A stretch of DNA of 64,000 nucleotides from Kiloniellales bacterium. Lineage in GTDB: Bacteria; Pseudomonadota; Alphaproteobacteria; Kiloniellales; JACOMY01. How positions within the stretch are numbered: position 1 is the stretch's first letter; each line of letters opens with the position of its first letter. A program made the translations under genes and the position numbers. Under the pieces are notes generated by a model that had not been told where the DNA came from, did not search any database, and saw only the letters and a list, made by a program, of their open reading frames with translations. Location: contig JAVJSY010000090.1 in the NCBI GenBank assembly GCA_040219175.1, positions 19,386 to 83,385 of the forward strand, in the 5' to 3' direction. Of the stretch, positions 41,124-50,207 are shown piece after piece.

Positions 41124-41893
41124 CGCCCCCGAAAGCTGGGCTTGCGCTTCTCGGCGAAAGCCGCCTTGGCGGTCTTGGTGTCCTCGCTGTGGTGCAGAAT
41201 CCGATTGACCAGCTGCTCCATGCGCAGGCCCGACGCCAGGTCCATGTCCTGCGAGCGGACGGCCAGCTCCTTGGCCGCCTGCACGGCAAGCGGCGCGTTC
41301 TCGGCGATCTGCAGCGCCATGTCTCTTGCCGTCTGCAGCAAGGCCTCCGCCGACACCACGCGGTTGATCAGGCCCCAGCGCGCCGCCGTCTCGGCATCGA
41401 TGCGCTCGCCCAGCAAGAGCATCTCCATGGCGACTGCGTAGGGCAGCTGCTTCATCACCCGCTGCGTACCGCCGTTGGCCGCAATGATCCCGCGCTTGAC
41501 CTCGGCCAGGCCGAAGCTCGCGCCCGTAGCGGCGACGCGCAGATCGGTGCCCAGCAACAGGGTCATGCCGCCGCCGACACAGAAGCCGTTAACCGCGGCG
41601 ATCACCGGCTTCCAGATCTCCAGGCCGCGGTTCAGCAGCGGGTCTTTCTGCGTCAGCCACAGCTCCGAGAGTTCCTGTTCGCGACCGACGAAGGACTTGA
41701 TGTCCGCACCGGCGCAGAAGGCCTTGTCGCCGGCCCCGGTGACGATGGCGACGCGGATCTCCGTCTCGTCGCGCACCCGCTGCCAGGCAGCCGAGAGCAG
41801 CTTGTAGTGCTCGGCATCCAGCGCATTGCGCCGCTCCGGCCGGTTGATGGTGATGGTGGCGATGCCTTGGCTGACCTCGAAGTCGATGGGCAT
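41120..41893 (-). CDS. Enoyl-CoA hydratase/isomerase (crotonase) family protein
   Basis: 257 aa from the ATG at 41893 (MPIDFEVSQGIATITINRPERRNAL). FCAGADIK and GGGMTLLLGTDLRV...GLAEVKRGI. Confidence 0.85.
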   Translation of the reverse strand: MPIDFEVSQGIATITINRPERRNALDAEHYKLLSAAWQRVRDETEIRVAIVTGAGDKAFCAGADIKSFVGREQELSELWLTQKDPLLNRGLEIWKPVIAAVNGFCVGGGMTLLLGTDLRVAATGASFGLAEVKRGIIAANGGTQRVMKQLPYAVAMEMLLLGERIDAETAARWGLINRVVSAEALLQTARDMALQIAENAPLAVQAAKELAVRSQDMDLASGLRMEQLVNRILHHSEDTKTAKAAFAEKRKPSFRGR

Positions 41894-41898
41894 GGCGC

Positions 41899-43086
41899 TC
41901 AGCCCCGCAGCAGGTCGCGGGCCAGCACCATGCGCTGCACCTCCGACGGCCCCTCGCCGATGCGCTTGATGCGCAGTTCGCGGTACCAACGCTCCAGCGG
42001 CATCTCCTTGGCCAGGCCCATGGCGCCCAGGATCTGCACACAGCGATCGATCACCCGCCCGGCGGTCTCCGTCGCATAGACCTTGGCGATCGAGGCTTCG
42101 GTCTTGATATCGCGACCCAGGTCGCCGTTCCAGGCGGCCTGCCAGGTCAAGAGGCGAGCGGCGCGCAGCTCCATCTCGCTGTCGGCGATCATCCACTGGA
42201 TCGCCTGCTTGTCGGCCAGCAAGGACTTGTGGACCTTGCGCTGGCGCGCCCAGTCGATGGCCAGACGCAAGGCCTCCTGGGCGACGCCGATGACACCGGC
42301 GGCATAGGGCAGCCGGGCATGGATCAACCACTTCTGGCATATGGCGAAGCCTTCTCCCTCTTCGCCCAGACGGTTCTCCAGCGGCACGCGGACCCCGTCG
42401 AAGACAAGTTCATAGGGCGAGTAAGAGCGGATGACGCCGATCTCGCTGGCCGACAGGCCGGGGGTGTCGCGATCGACGATGAAGGCGCTTATGCCGGATC
42501 CCTTGCCGGCCTCGCCGGTGCGAGCGAAGACCAGGCCCCAGTCGGCGTCGCCGGCGGCGGTGATCCACATCTTGGTGCCGCTGATGACATAGTGATCGCC
42601 GTCGCGCACCGCCCGGGTCTGGATCTTCCGGGCCGGGTCGGACCCACCCGATGCCTCTGAGATGGCGACGAAGCACTTGCGGCCCTTCTGGATGGCAGGC
42701 AGGCCATAGCGCTCCCGCTGCTCCGCGCTGCCGAGCCAGATCACGCTGGGCGGGTCGATGCCGAAGGCCCCGCAGGCCGGCACGTAACAGCCCATCCGGC
42801 ATTTGGCGGCCTCTTCGGCGACCAGCACCTGGGCCAAGAGGCCAAGGCCGCCACCGCCGTACTGGGCCGGGGAAGCCAGGCACCAAAGGCCCAGCGCCCT
42901 GGCCTTCGCCTGCACCGCGGCGAGATCGTCCGCCGGCAGTGCGTAGGCGTCGTGCGCTTGGCGCTCGTCCAGCGGGCGCACCTCATCGGTCATGAAGCGC
43001 ACCACGGTCTCGCGCAGCATTCGTAGCTCTTCGGGCAGCTCCCAAGCGCCGCTCGGCAGCTCGCCCAGGGTCGAGGCTCCATCCAT
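41899..43086 (-). CDS. Acyl-CoA dehydrogenase
   Basis: 395 aa. ISEASGGSDP, ISGTKMWIT, and C-terminal RIGEGPSEVQ (catalytic Glu region). Confidence 0.85.
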   Translation of the reverse strand: MDGASTLGELPSGAWELPEELRMLRETVVRFMTDEVRPLDERQAHDAYALPADDLAAVQAKARALGLWCLASPAQYGGGGLGLLAQVLVAEEAAKCRMGCYVPACGAFGIDPPSVIWLGSAEQRERYGLPAIQKGRKCFVAISEASGGSDPARKIQTRAVRDGDHYVISGTKMWITAAGDADWGLVFARTGEAGKGSGISAFIVDRDTPGLSASEIGVIRSYSPYELVFDGVRVPLENRLGEEGEGFAICQKWLIHARLPYAAGVIGVAQEALRLAIDWARQRKVHKSLLADKQAIQWMIADSEMELRAARLLTWQAAWNGDLGRDIKTEASIAKVYATETAGRVIDRCVQILGAMGLAKEMPLERWYRELRIKRIGEGPSEVQRMVLARDLLRG

Positions 43087-43141
43087 CGCCGCACCTACAC
43101 TTTCATCGTATAGTGAACTATCGTGTCTTTATTCGGTCTCG

Positions 43142-44080
43142 TCAATCGTTCTGAGCGACAGACGACAGGGCAATCGCTCGGCGCCAGCCTTGCGGATCGG
43201 CAGAGCGTCCCTCGACCAGGTCGAGGTAGCGCTGCTGCAGCTTGCGCACGAAGGGGCCGGGCTTGCCCGTACCGATCGGCAAGCCGTCGATTGCGACCAC
43301 CGGGCAGACCTCCTGGTGCGTGCCGGTGATGAAGGCCTCTTCAGCCAGATAGGTCTCGCTGCGGTCGACGGCGCGTTCTTCGACGGTGATGCCATCCTCG
43401 GCGAGCAGAGACAGCACCGTATCCCGCGTGATGCTCTCGAGAATGTCGGAGGTGACGGAGGGGGTGACGACCCGGCCACGCTTGACGAGGAAGAGGCAAG
43501 AGCCGGCGGTCTCGGCCACCTTGCCGGCTTCGGTCAGAAAGAGCGGATAGTCGAAGCCCTGCTGCTGGGCATCCAGGATGCCGAGCCGGCCGTTGTGATA
43601 GTTGGCGATGCACTTGACCCGCGGCGGCATGGCGCGATCGGCCACCCGCACCCAAGAGCTGACGCCCAGGCGGAAGCCACGCTCGAACTCGACGCCGCGA
43701 CCCAGTGGCGCCTGGGTGACGATGAAGCTGACCGGTCCGCGCGCGCCCTGATCGCCGCGGCCGTCGATGAAGGCCAGAATGCGGAAGTAGAGACCCTGGC
43801 GCTCGCCCTGGCGTTGGATCAGTTCCAATACCCACTTGGTCAGGGTTTCGCGATCGATCTCGGCCTCGAAACGCAGGATGCGCATGCCGTCGAAGAGGCG
43901 GTCGATGTGATCGGCCAGGCGAAAGGCCAGCAGCGTCTGCTGTTCCGCGTTCCAATAGGCGCGGCAGCCCTCGAAGAGGGCCGAGGCATACTTCACCGCC
44001 GGCGAGAGCGCATGAATCTTCGCCTCGTCTTCCGCAATGATCTGGCCGTTGTAGCTGGCCAAGCGCTTAGAGGATGTCAT
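43142..44080 (-). CDS. Class IV aminotransferase, copy 2
   Basis: 312 aa. FEGCRAYWN, AMPPRVKCIANY, CLFLVKRGRVVTP, ILESITR. Alignable end to end with copy 1. Confidence 0.85.
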   Translation of the reverse strand: MTSSKRLASYNGQIIAEDEAKIHALSPAVKYASALFEGCRAYWNAEQQTLLAFRLADHIDRLFDGMRILRFEAEIDRETLTKWVLELIQRQGERQGLYFRILAFIDGRGDQGARGPVSFIVTQAPLGRGVEFERGFRLGVSSWVRVADRAMPPRVKCIANYHNGRLGILDAQQQGFDYPLFLTEAGKVAETAGSCLFLVKRGRVVTPSVTSDILESITRDTVLSLLAEDGITVEERAVDRSETYLAEEAFITGTHQEVCPVVAIDGLPIGTGKPGPFVRKLQQRYLDLVEGRSADPQGWRRAIALSSVAQND

Positions 44081-44089
44081 GCCAAGACC

Positions 44090-46507
44090 TCACTGCCGTA
44101 GCTTGATGCCGTCGGGATCGTAGGGCGCTTGCGCCAGCAAGCGGGCCGGACGCAGGTCGCCGACCACGGGAATGCGATAGTCGGCACCGCAGTCGGCATC
44201 GGCCCGCGAGACATAGGCCAGGGCCAGGCTCTGCCCGACCGCGAAGCCATAGCCGCCAGAGGTGGTTTCGCCGACGATGCGGCCGTTCTTCCAAACCGGC
44301 TCGCCGCCGATACAGTCGGCCGCCTCGCTCTCGACGGCGAAGAGCCGAAGGGTAACCGCACTTTCTTGTTGGGCCGCTTGGGCAAGTGCATCGCGCCCCT
44401 GGAAGGGTCCCTTGTCCAGCTTGACGAAGCGCTCCAGGCCGGCATCGAAGGGGCTGTAGTCTGCGGTGTACTCGCTAAAGACCGAACCATAACCCTTCTC
44501 GAGCCGCAGGCTGTCTTGCGCGAGGGTTCCGCAGAAGGCGATGTCGAGTTTGGCTGCAGCACGGCGCATGGCGGCATAGACCGAAGCATAGCCACGATCC
44601 GGCGTATAGACCTCGAAGCCCAGCTCGCCGGTGAAGGAGAGCCGCAGGATGATTGCCGTTTGACCTGCCACCGCAGCCTCGCCGCCGGAGAGAAACGGCA
44701 GGGCTTCGCCCGAAAGGTCGCTGTCCGTCAGTCGCTGCAGAAAATCCCGCGCGCGCGGGCCGGAGACGGAGAATCCGGCCCAGCTATCGGTCAGGTCCTG
44801 GAAGAAGATGCCGGGACCGGACAGCCGGTCGCACAGGAGGCGCTGGTGGAACTTCACGGCAGAGCCGGAGCCGACCAGGAAGAAGCGTTCCGGCCCCAAC
44901 CGCGTGACGGTGAAGTCGGCGACCAAGCCACCCTTCTCGTTCACCATGGGGCAGAGCGTGATCCGGCCCAGGCCCTGCGGCAGCCGGTTGGTGACCAGAC
45001 CGTCCAGCCAGGCCTCGGCGCCGGACCCGGTCACCAGATACTTGGCATAGGGCGAGGTATCGATGATCCCGCCGGAGCGGCGCAGCGCACGCACCTCGCG
45101 GCCGACAGGCTCGAACCACTTGGCGCGGCGGTAGGCATAGCCGGAATCGCGCTCGGCCTCGCAGGCGGCGAAGTACTGCGGATTCTCCCAACCAAACGAG
45201 ACGCCGAAGACGGCCCCCTGCTCGACCTGCTGGGCATAGTTCTTGCGAACCCGCTGCGGCCGGCCGCTGGTCAGTTGCTCCTTGGGGAAGTGCATGCGGA
45301 AGCGGGTGCCGTAGTTCTCGGCCGAGCGCGCCAGCAGGAACTCCGGCGTGAAGTAGTCGCCGAAGCGCGCGATATCCAGCGAGGCGACATCCCATTCCGG
45401 CGTGCCCTCGACGATCCACTCGGCCACACACTTGCCCAAGCCGCCGCCGGAGCCGATGCCGGTCATGATGCCCACGGCTGCATAGTAGTTCCGCAAGCCC
45501 GGCACCGGCCCCAGCATGCCGGAGGTGTCGGGCGACCACATCATCGGCCCGTTGATGACCCGCTTGATGCCGACCTTGCCCAATGCAGGCGTGCGGGCAA
45601 TTGCACGCTCCATGTTTTCCGAGATGCGCTCCAGGTCGTCGGGCAGCAGCTCATGGCCGAAATCCCATGGCGTGCCCTCGACCGACCAGTGCTTGCCGCG
45701 CCGTTCGTAGGCGCCGACCAGCAGACCTTGGCCTTCCTGGCGCATGTAGTATTCGGCATCGCGGTCCGAGACCGAGGGCAGCTCGCTGTTGAGCGCCGCG
45801 ATCTCCGGGATCGTCTCGGTCACCAGGTACATGTGCTCCATCGGGATGATGGGTAGCTCCAGGCCGGCCATGCGCCCCACCTCGCGCGCCCAAAGCCCGG
45901 CCGCATTGACCAGGTATTCGGCAATGACCGTGCCCTTGTCGGTCACGATCTCCCAACTGCCGTCACCGCGCGGATTGGTCTCCACTACCTTGGTGAAGCG
46001 GTGCACCTCGGCCCCCAGTTGCCGGGCGCCCTTGGCCAATGCATGGGTCATGCCGGAGGGGTCGAGATGGCCTTCGTCGGGCTGATACCAGGCGCCCTTC
46101 AGGCGGCTTGCATCGAGCAGCGGATGGCGATCGCGAATCTCGTTGGGAGACAGCGGCTCGAAGGCGAAACCCAGGTGGCGCGCCTTGGCCTCCATGATGC
46201 GCAGCTGGTCCATGCGGGCCTCGGTCTCGGCCAGGTAGAGCGCACCGGTGGTGTGGATGCCGCAGGACTGCCCGGTCTCCGCCTCCAGCCCGCGATAGCA
46301 GGAGATGGTGTAATAGTTCAGCCGGGCCATGTTGGTGTCGTCGTGCAGCACGCCGAAGCCCGCCGCTGCATGCCAGGTGGAGCCCGAGGTCAGCTCCGAA
46401 CGCTCGAAAAGCGCGATGTCGGTCCAGCCGAGATGGGCCAGGTGATAGAGCGTCGAGCAGCCGATGACGCCGCCGCCGATGACCGCCACTCTCACGTGAG
46501 ACTTCAT
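44090..46507 (-). CDS. Dimethylglycine/sarcosine-dehydrogenase-like FAD oxidoreductase fused to a GcvT aminomethyltransferase domain
   Basis: 805 aa. N-terminal VAVIGGGVIGCSTLYHLA (DAO domain) and a C-terminal folate-binding GcvT-type region. Confidence 0.85.
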   Translation of the reverse strand: MKSHVRVAVIGGGVIGCSTLYHLAHLGWTDIALFERSELTSGSTWHAAAGFGVLHDDTNMARLNYYTISCYRGLEAETGQSCGIHTTGALYLAETEARMDQLRIMEAKARHLGFAFEPLSPNEIRDRHPLLDASRLKGAWYQPDEGHLDPSGMTHALAKGARQLGAEVHRFTKVVETNPRGDGSWEIVTDKGTVIAEYLVNAAGLWAREVGRMAGLELPIIPMEHMYLVTETIPEIAALNSELPSVSDRDAEYYMRQEGQGLLVGAYERRGKHWSVEGTPWDFGHELLPDDLERISENMERAIARTPALGKVGIKRVINGPMMWSPDTSGMLGPVPGLRNYYAAVGIMTGIGSGGGLGKCVAEWIVEGTPEWDVASLDIARFGDYFTPEFLLARSAENYGTRFRMHFPKEQLTSGRPQRVRKNYAQQVEQGAVFGVSFGWENPQYFAACEAERDSGYAYRRAKWFEPVGREVRALRRSGGIIDTSPYAKYLVTGSGAEAWLDGLVTNRLPQGLGRITLCPMVNEKGGLVADFTVTRLGPERFFLVGSGSAVKFHQRLLCDRLSGPGIFFQDLTDSWAGFSVSGPRARDFLQRLTDSDLSGEALPFLSGGEAAVAGQTAIILRLSFTGELGFEVYTPDRGYASVYAAMRRAAAKLDIAFCGTLAQDSLRLEKGYGSVFSEYTADYSPFDAGLERFVKLDKGPFQGRDALAQAAQQESAVTLRLFAVESEAADCIGGEPVWKNGRIVGETTSGGYGFAVGQSLALAYVSRADADCGADYRIPVVGDLRPARLLAQAPYDPDGIKLRQ

Positions 46508-46595
46508 CTGGACCTCCCCCGCCTTTCGATGACTCCCAGGTACACGAGCACCTTCCGGCGATCAATCAAATAAATCACTATTCAATGCATTAGAT

Positions 46596-47138
46596 CTAAT
46601 ATTGCATCATCGCCCAAGACTCCACGAACCAGTCGACAAGCGCGGCGGCGAAGCTGGTCGGTATGAGCAGGCGAAAACGCTCTGGCGACAGCCGGTGAAC
46701 AAGGATGCTCGCGTCGTGCAGCCGGGTCTGCGCAAAGGCGCCGGGGGTTAGGCCTGCCGGTCCCAGATCGATCGCTATCCCGCGGGTCAGAAGAGAGACC
46801 GCCTCGCTGCCGTCGAGATCGAGGATGCGCTTGGCGTGACCGATGTCGCTGACCGCTCCGTCCTGCCCGACGGCAGACCGGCATTCCTGCAGCAGCGGTC
46901 GCGCCCGATCGCTCAAGAGCAGCAGGCGGTCCGGCGCGATGCGATAGGCCCAACCGTCAGGGAATCCGGCAACCTGCCGGCCGTCCGCAGGCATTTCGAA
47001 CGCCAAGGCTTCTGCCAGCCGCAATGCGGCCGCGCCGCGCGCACCACGCCAGAAGCCGACCTGCACCAGCGGTCGGCAGGGTTGGAGCTGCAGCTGAAGG
47101 GCGGCGCCCTGGTCTAGGATGCTATGCCTATCATCCAC
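46596..47138 (-). CDS. soxG: Sarcosine oxidase gamma subunit
   Basis: Position after soxA. I chose the GTG at 47138 (VDDRHSILDQ), which overlaps the soxA stop (GTGGATGA). About 180 aa fits SoxG size. The upstream part of the track ORF overlaps soxA. Confidence 0.65.
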   Translation of the reverse strand: MDDRHSILDQGAALQLQLQPCRPLVQVGFWRGARGAAALRLAEALAFEMPADGRQVAGFPDGWAYRIAPDRLLLLSDRARPLLQECRSAVGQDGAVSDIGHAKRILDLDGSEAVSLLTRGIAIDLGPAGLTPGAFAQTRLHDASILVHRLSPERFRLLIPTSFAAALVDWFVESWAMMQY

Positions 47139-49938
47139 GCTGCCGCACTCCTTCGGGATCGAGGAAGTGCGGATCGCGAACCAGCGCCTTGCAGAGGCGA
47201 CCGCGCGCCGGGTCGTGCACGGCGACCTCGCGGCCATGCTGGGCGCGCCCGTCGCGCAGGAGCGCCAAGGCCAGATAGCAGCCAAGCGAGGGCGACCAGG
47301 TGGCCGCTGTGATGCGCCCCTCGCCCAGGCCTGCGAAGGGCCCAAAGGACAGCACCGCACCGCTGCTGAGCGGCGTCTCGGCGGTCAAGCCGACCAGTTG
47401 CTTGCGATCCTTTGCCTGCAGACCCGGCCGCTCGGCCATGACCTGACCGACGAAGGCTTTCTTGCGGCTGGCCATAGCGGCCAGACCGAGATCGTCGAGG
47501 GTGGTGCGGCCGTCCAGCTCTCCAGCGGAGACATGGCCCTTCTCGATCCTGAGCGCGCCCAAGGCCTCGAGGCCATAGGCACCGGCGCCGGCTCGCCGCA
47601 GGGCCCGCCAAACGCTCGGTGCATCCTGCGCAGGGCAGTAGACCTCATAGCCAAGCTCACCGGAAAAGCTGACCCGGATCAACCGCACAGGCGCGCCCGC
47701 CAGCTCTGTCTCAAGCAGACCGAGAAAGGGCAGGTCACGCGCCTGCTCTGCACCGATCAGCTTGGCCAGCACCTTGCGCGCGTTGGGTCCGGAGAGCGCG
47801 ATGGCCGCCCAGTGATCGGTCACATCGCAGACCTGGACTCGAAGATCGCGCCAGGCAGTCTGCAGAAGGAACTCTATTCTGGAGAGCACTTGTTCGGCCT
47901 TGGCGGTCGTCGTGGTCATGACATAGCGGGTCTCACCCAGCCTTGCCGTCGTGCCGTCGTCGAAGACATAGCCATCGTCGCGCAACATCACCCCCCAGCG
48001 CGCCTTGCCGACGGCGAGCTTGCTCCAGCCGTTGCAATAGAGCCGGTTCAACAGTTCCGCGGCATCGGGGCCCTCGATCTCGAACTTGCCCAGGGTCGAG
48101 ACGTCGGAGATGGCGGCGTCGCTACGCACTATCTCCATCTCCCGACAACTCGCGCTCTCCAGGTCCGGGCCGTTCTCGCGAAAGTACCAGGCGCGCTCCC
48201 ACAGGCCTGAGTGGGTCATAACGGCCCCCTCCTCTCGAAGGAGCGAGTCCAAGGGCGTGCGGCGGCGCAGATGAAATGCGCCGCCGACCTCAGCCCCGGC
48301 GAGCGCGCCGAGCGAGACGGCTGCATAGGGTGGGCGGAAGGTCGTCGTGCCGGTCTCGGCAATCGTGCGCCCGCTGGCCTCGGCCATCAGGGCAAGACCA
48401 AGGACATTGGAGGTACGCCCCTGATCGCTGCCCATGCCAAGTGTCGTGTAGCGCTTCAGATGCTCGACCGAGACAAAGCCTTCGTCATGCGCCTGGCGAA
48501 CATCCTTTGCCGTCACGTCGTTCTGCAGATCGACGAAAGCCATAGGTCCTTCGCCGCTGCGCCAGAGCGGCTGTAGCGGTCTGGACCAGCCTGTTTCGGG
48601 TACGACCTCGCCGTCCGCCACTCGGCGAAAGTCGCCGGCCGCGGCCCCGACCACAGCCATTCCACCGGGCAAGGATCCCGGCAGGAAGGCGGCATGGGGA
48701 TCGCTCCAGCGCGGCCTCGCACCGGCTTGACTGGCCAGGTGCAAGACCGGCGACCAGCCGCCGGCAAGGCAGAGCAGATCGCAAGGCAGACGTGCCCTGT
48801 CGCGCGCGCCGCTCACCTCCACCACACGCAAGCGCCGACCGAATGCGGCGGTTATTCGACTGCCGAGCCGCAGGATGATACCAGCCGATTCCAGGCTCTT
48901 GCGCCGCTCGGCGTCCAGATTCTCGCGCGGATCGACCAGCGTCACCGCAGCACCTGCCTGAGCCAGCTCCAATGCGACGGCCTCGCCGCTATCGTTGTTC
49001 TGGAAGACAACGGCGCGCTCACCGCAGAGAACGCCATAGCGATTGAGGTAGGTTCTGGCCGCACCGGCCAACATCACGCCCGGCCGATCGTTGCCGGGAA
49101 AGACGAAGCCGCGTTCAAGGGCACCGCTGGCGAGGACAGCCCGCTCGGCCCGAATGAGCCACAGCTGCAGGACCTCGCCCTCCTCCACAGCGGCAAAGCA
49201 GCCGTGGTCGTAGGTGCCGAAGACCTGCGTGTTGGTTAGGACTTGCACGTTGGACTGCGCGGCAAGCGCCGTCAGCAGCGTCTCAAGATGCGCACGCTCT
49301 TGACTGCCGGGCGGTGTCGAGAGCGCAGCCCCACCGAGAAGGCTATCGCGTTCGACCAGGAGGACACTGTCTCCTTCCCGCGCGGCTTCCAGCGCGGCCG
49401 CAATGCCGGCGAGGCCGGCACCGACGACCAGGACCCGGCAGTGCGCATGCAGGGTCTCGGCCGGACGCGGGTCGGGGCCTGTCGGCGGAGGACCGAGGCC
49501 GGCGGCCTTGCGGATAAAATGCTCGTAAAGCATCCAGGCGCGCGCATTCGGGCCCATGAAGGTCTTGTAATAGAAGCCCGCGCCGGTGAGCGGCGCTGCC
49601 AGCCCGGTCAGCGACTGCAGGTCCAGATGCAGGCTGGGCCAGCGGTTCTGGCTTACCGCCTCCAGGCCTTCACTCAAGGGCACTGCAGTTGCCTGGATGT
49701 TGGGACGACGCGCATCGCCGCGGCCGATGCTGACCAGCGCGTTGGGCTCCTCCAGGCCGGCGGCATAGATCCCGCGCGGGCGGTGGTACTTGAAGGAGCG
49801 CCCGACCAGGCGCACGCCGTTCGCCAGCAGCGCCGAGGCCAGGCTGTCGCCGGCATAGCCCGTGAGCGCACGACCATCGAAACGGAAGCGCAGGGGACGC
49901 GCGCGATCGATCTCGCCGCGGTCGGGAAGGCGCCTCAC
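47131..49938 (-). CDS. soxA: Sarcosine oxidase alpha subunit
   Basis: 935 aa. N-terminus LRFRFDGRALTGYAGDSLASALLANGVRLVGRSFKYHRPRG, an NAD-binding region and a GcvT-like C-terminus. Confidence 0.9.
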   Translation of the reverse strand: MRRLPDRGEIDRARPLRFRFDGRALTGYAGDSLASALLANGVRLVGRSFKYHRPRGIYAAGLEEPNALVSIGRGDARRPNIQATAVPLSEGLEAVSQNRWPSLHLDLQSLTGLAAPLTGAGFYYKTFMGPNARAWMLYEHFIRKAAGLGPPPTGPDPRPAETLHAHCRVLVVGAGLAGIAAALEAAREGDSVLLVERDSLLGGAALSTPPGSQERAHLETLLTALAAQSNVQVLTNTQVFGTYDHGCFAAVEEGEVLQLWLIRAERAVLASGALERGFVFPGNDRPGVMLAGAARTYLNRYGVLCGERAVVFQNNDSGEAVALELAQAGAAVTLVDPRENLDAERRKSLESAGIILRLGSRITAAFGRRLRVVEVSGARDRARLPCDLLCLAGGWSPVLHLASQAGARPRWSDPHAAFLPGSLPGGMAVVGAAAGDFRRVADGEVVPETGWSRPLQPLWRSGEGPMAFVDLQNDVTAKDVRQAHDEGFVSVEHLKRYTTLGMGSDQGRTSNVLGLALMAEASGRTIAETGTTTFRPPYAAVSLGALAGAEVGGAFHLRRRTPLDSLLREEGAVMTHSGLWERAWYFRENGPDLESASCREMEIVRSDAAISDVSTLGKFEIEGPDAAELLNRLYCNGWSKLAVGKARWGVMLRDDGYVFDDGTTARLGETRYVMTTTTAKAEQVLSRIEFLLQTAWRDLRVQVCDVTDHWAAIALSGPNARKVLAKLIGAEQARDLPFLGLLETELAGAPVRLIRVSFSGELGYEVYCPAQDAPSVWRALRRAGAGAYGLEALGALRIEKGHVSAGELDGRTTLDDLGLAAMASRKKAFVGQVMAERPGLQAKDRKQLVGLTAETPLSSGAVLSFGPFAGLGEGRITAATWSPSLGCYLALALLRDGRAQHGREVAVHDPARGRLCKALVRDPHFLDPEGVRQRG

Positions 49939-50198
49939 GATCCCACTTCCTCGGCGAAAGTGACCAGGGTCACCTCATGCGTGCGCGTGTCGCGCTCGAC
50001 CAGCAGCCAGCGGCGGCAGCCAAAGCGATGCTGCCAGTATTCGCGGTGCGGCCCACGCGGATTGTCCCGCTGGTAGAGGTAGGCGAGCCAGGCCTCTGGA
50101 TCGCTCTCCGCCTGCGCGGGCCGCTGGGCCCAGGCATCGCCGCCATAGGCGAACTCCTCGCTGTCGCGCGAGCCGCACCAGGGACAGATCAAGCGCAT
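49935..50198 (-). CDS. soxD: Sarcosine oxidase delta subunit
   Basis: 87 aa. MRLICPWCGSRDSEEFAYGGDA (zinc-finger-type N-terminus). 4-nt overlap with soxA. Confidence 0.9.
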   Translation of the reverse strand: MRLICPWCGSRDSEEFAYGGDAWAQRPAQAESDPEAWLAYLYQRDNPRGPHREYWQHRFGCRRWLLVERDTRTHEVTLVTFAEEVGS

Positions 50199-50207
50199 GG
50201 CATAGCC

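Noticed and set aside
46582-46610. A shared TC(A/G)ATGCATT ... ATGCATCA motif pair near the DMGDH-like upstream region and in the soxB upstream region (51528-51562), considered as a possible common operator.
   Set aside because: The second half-site at 46602-46610 lies inside the soxG coding sequence. The spacing differs by 7 nt between the two loci, and the ATGCAT core is short enough to recur by chance.
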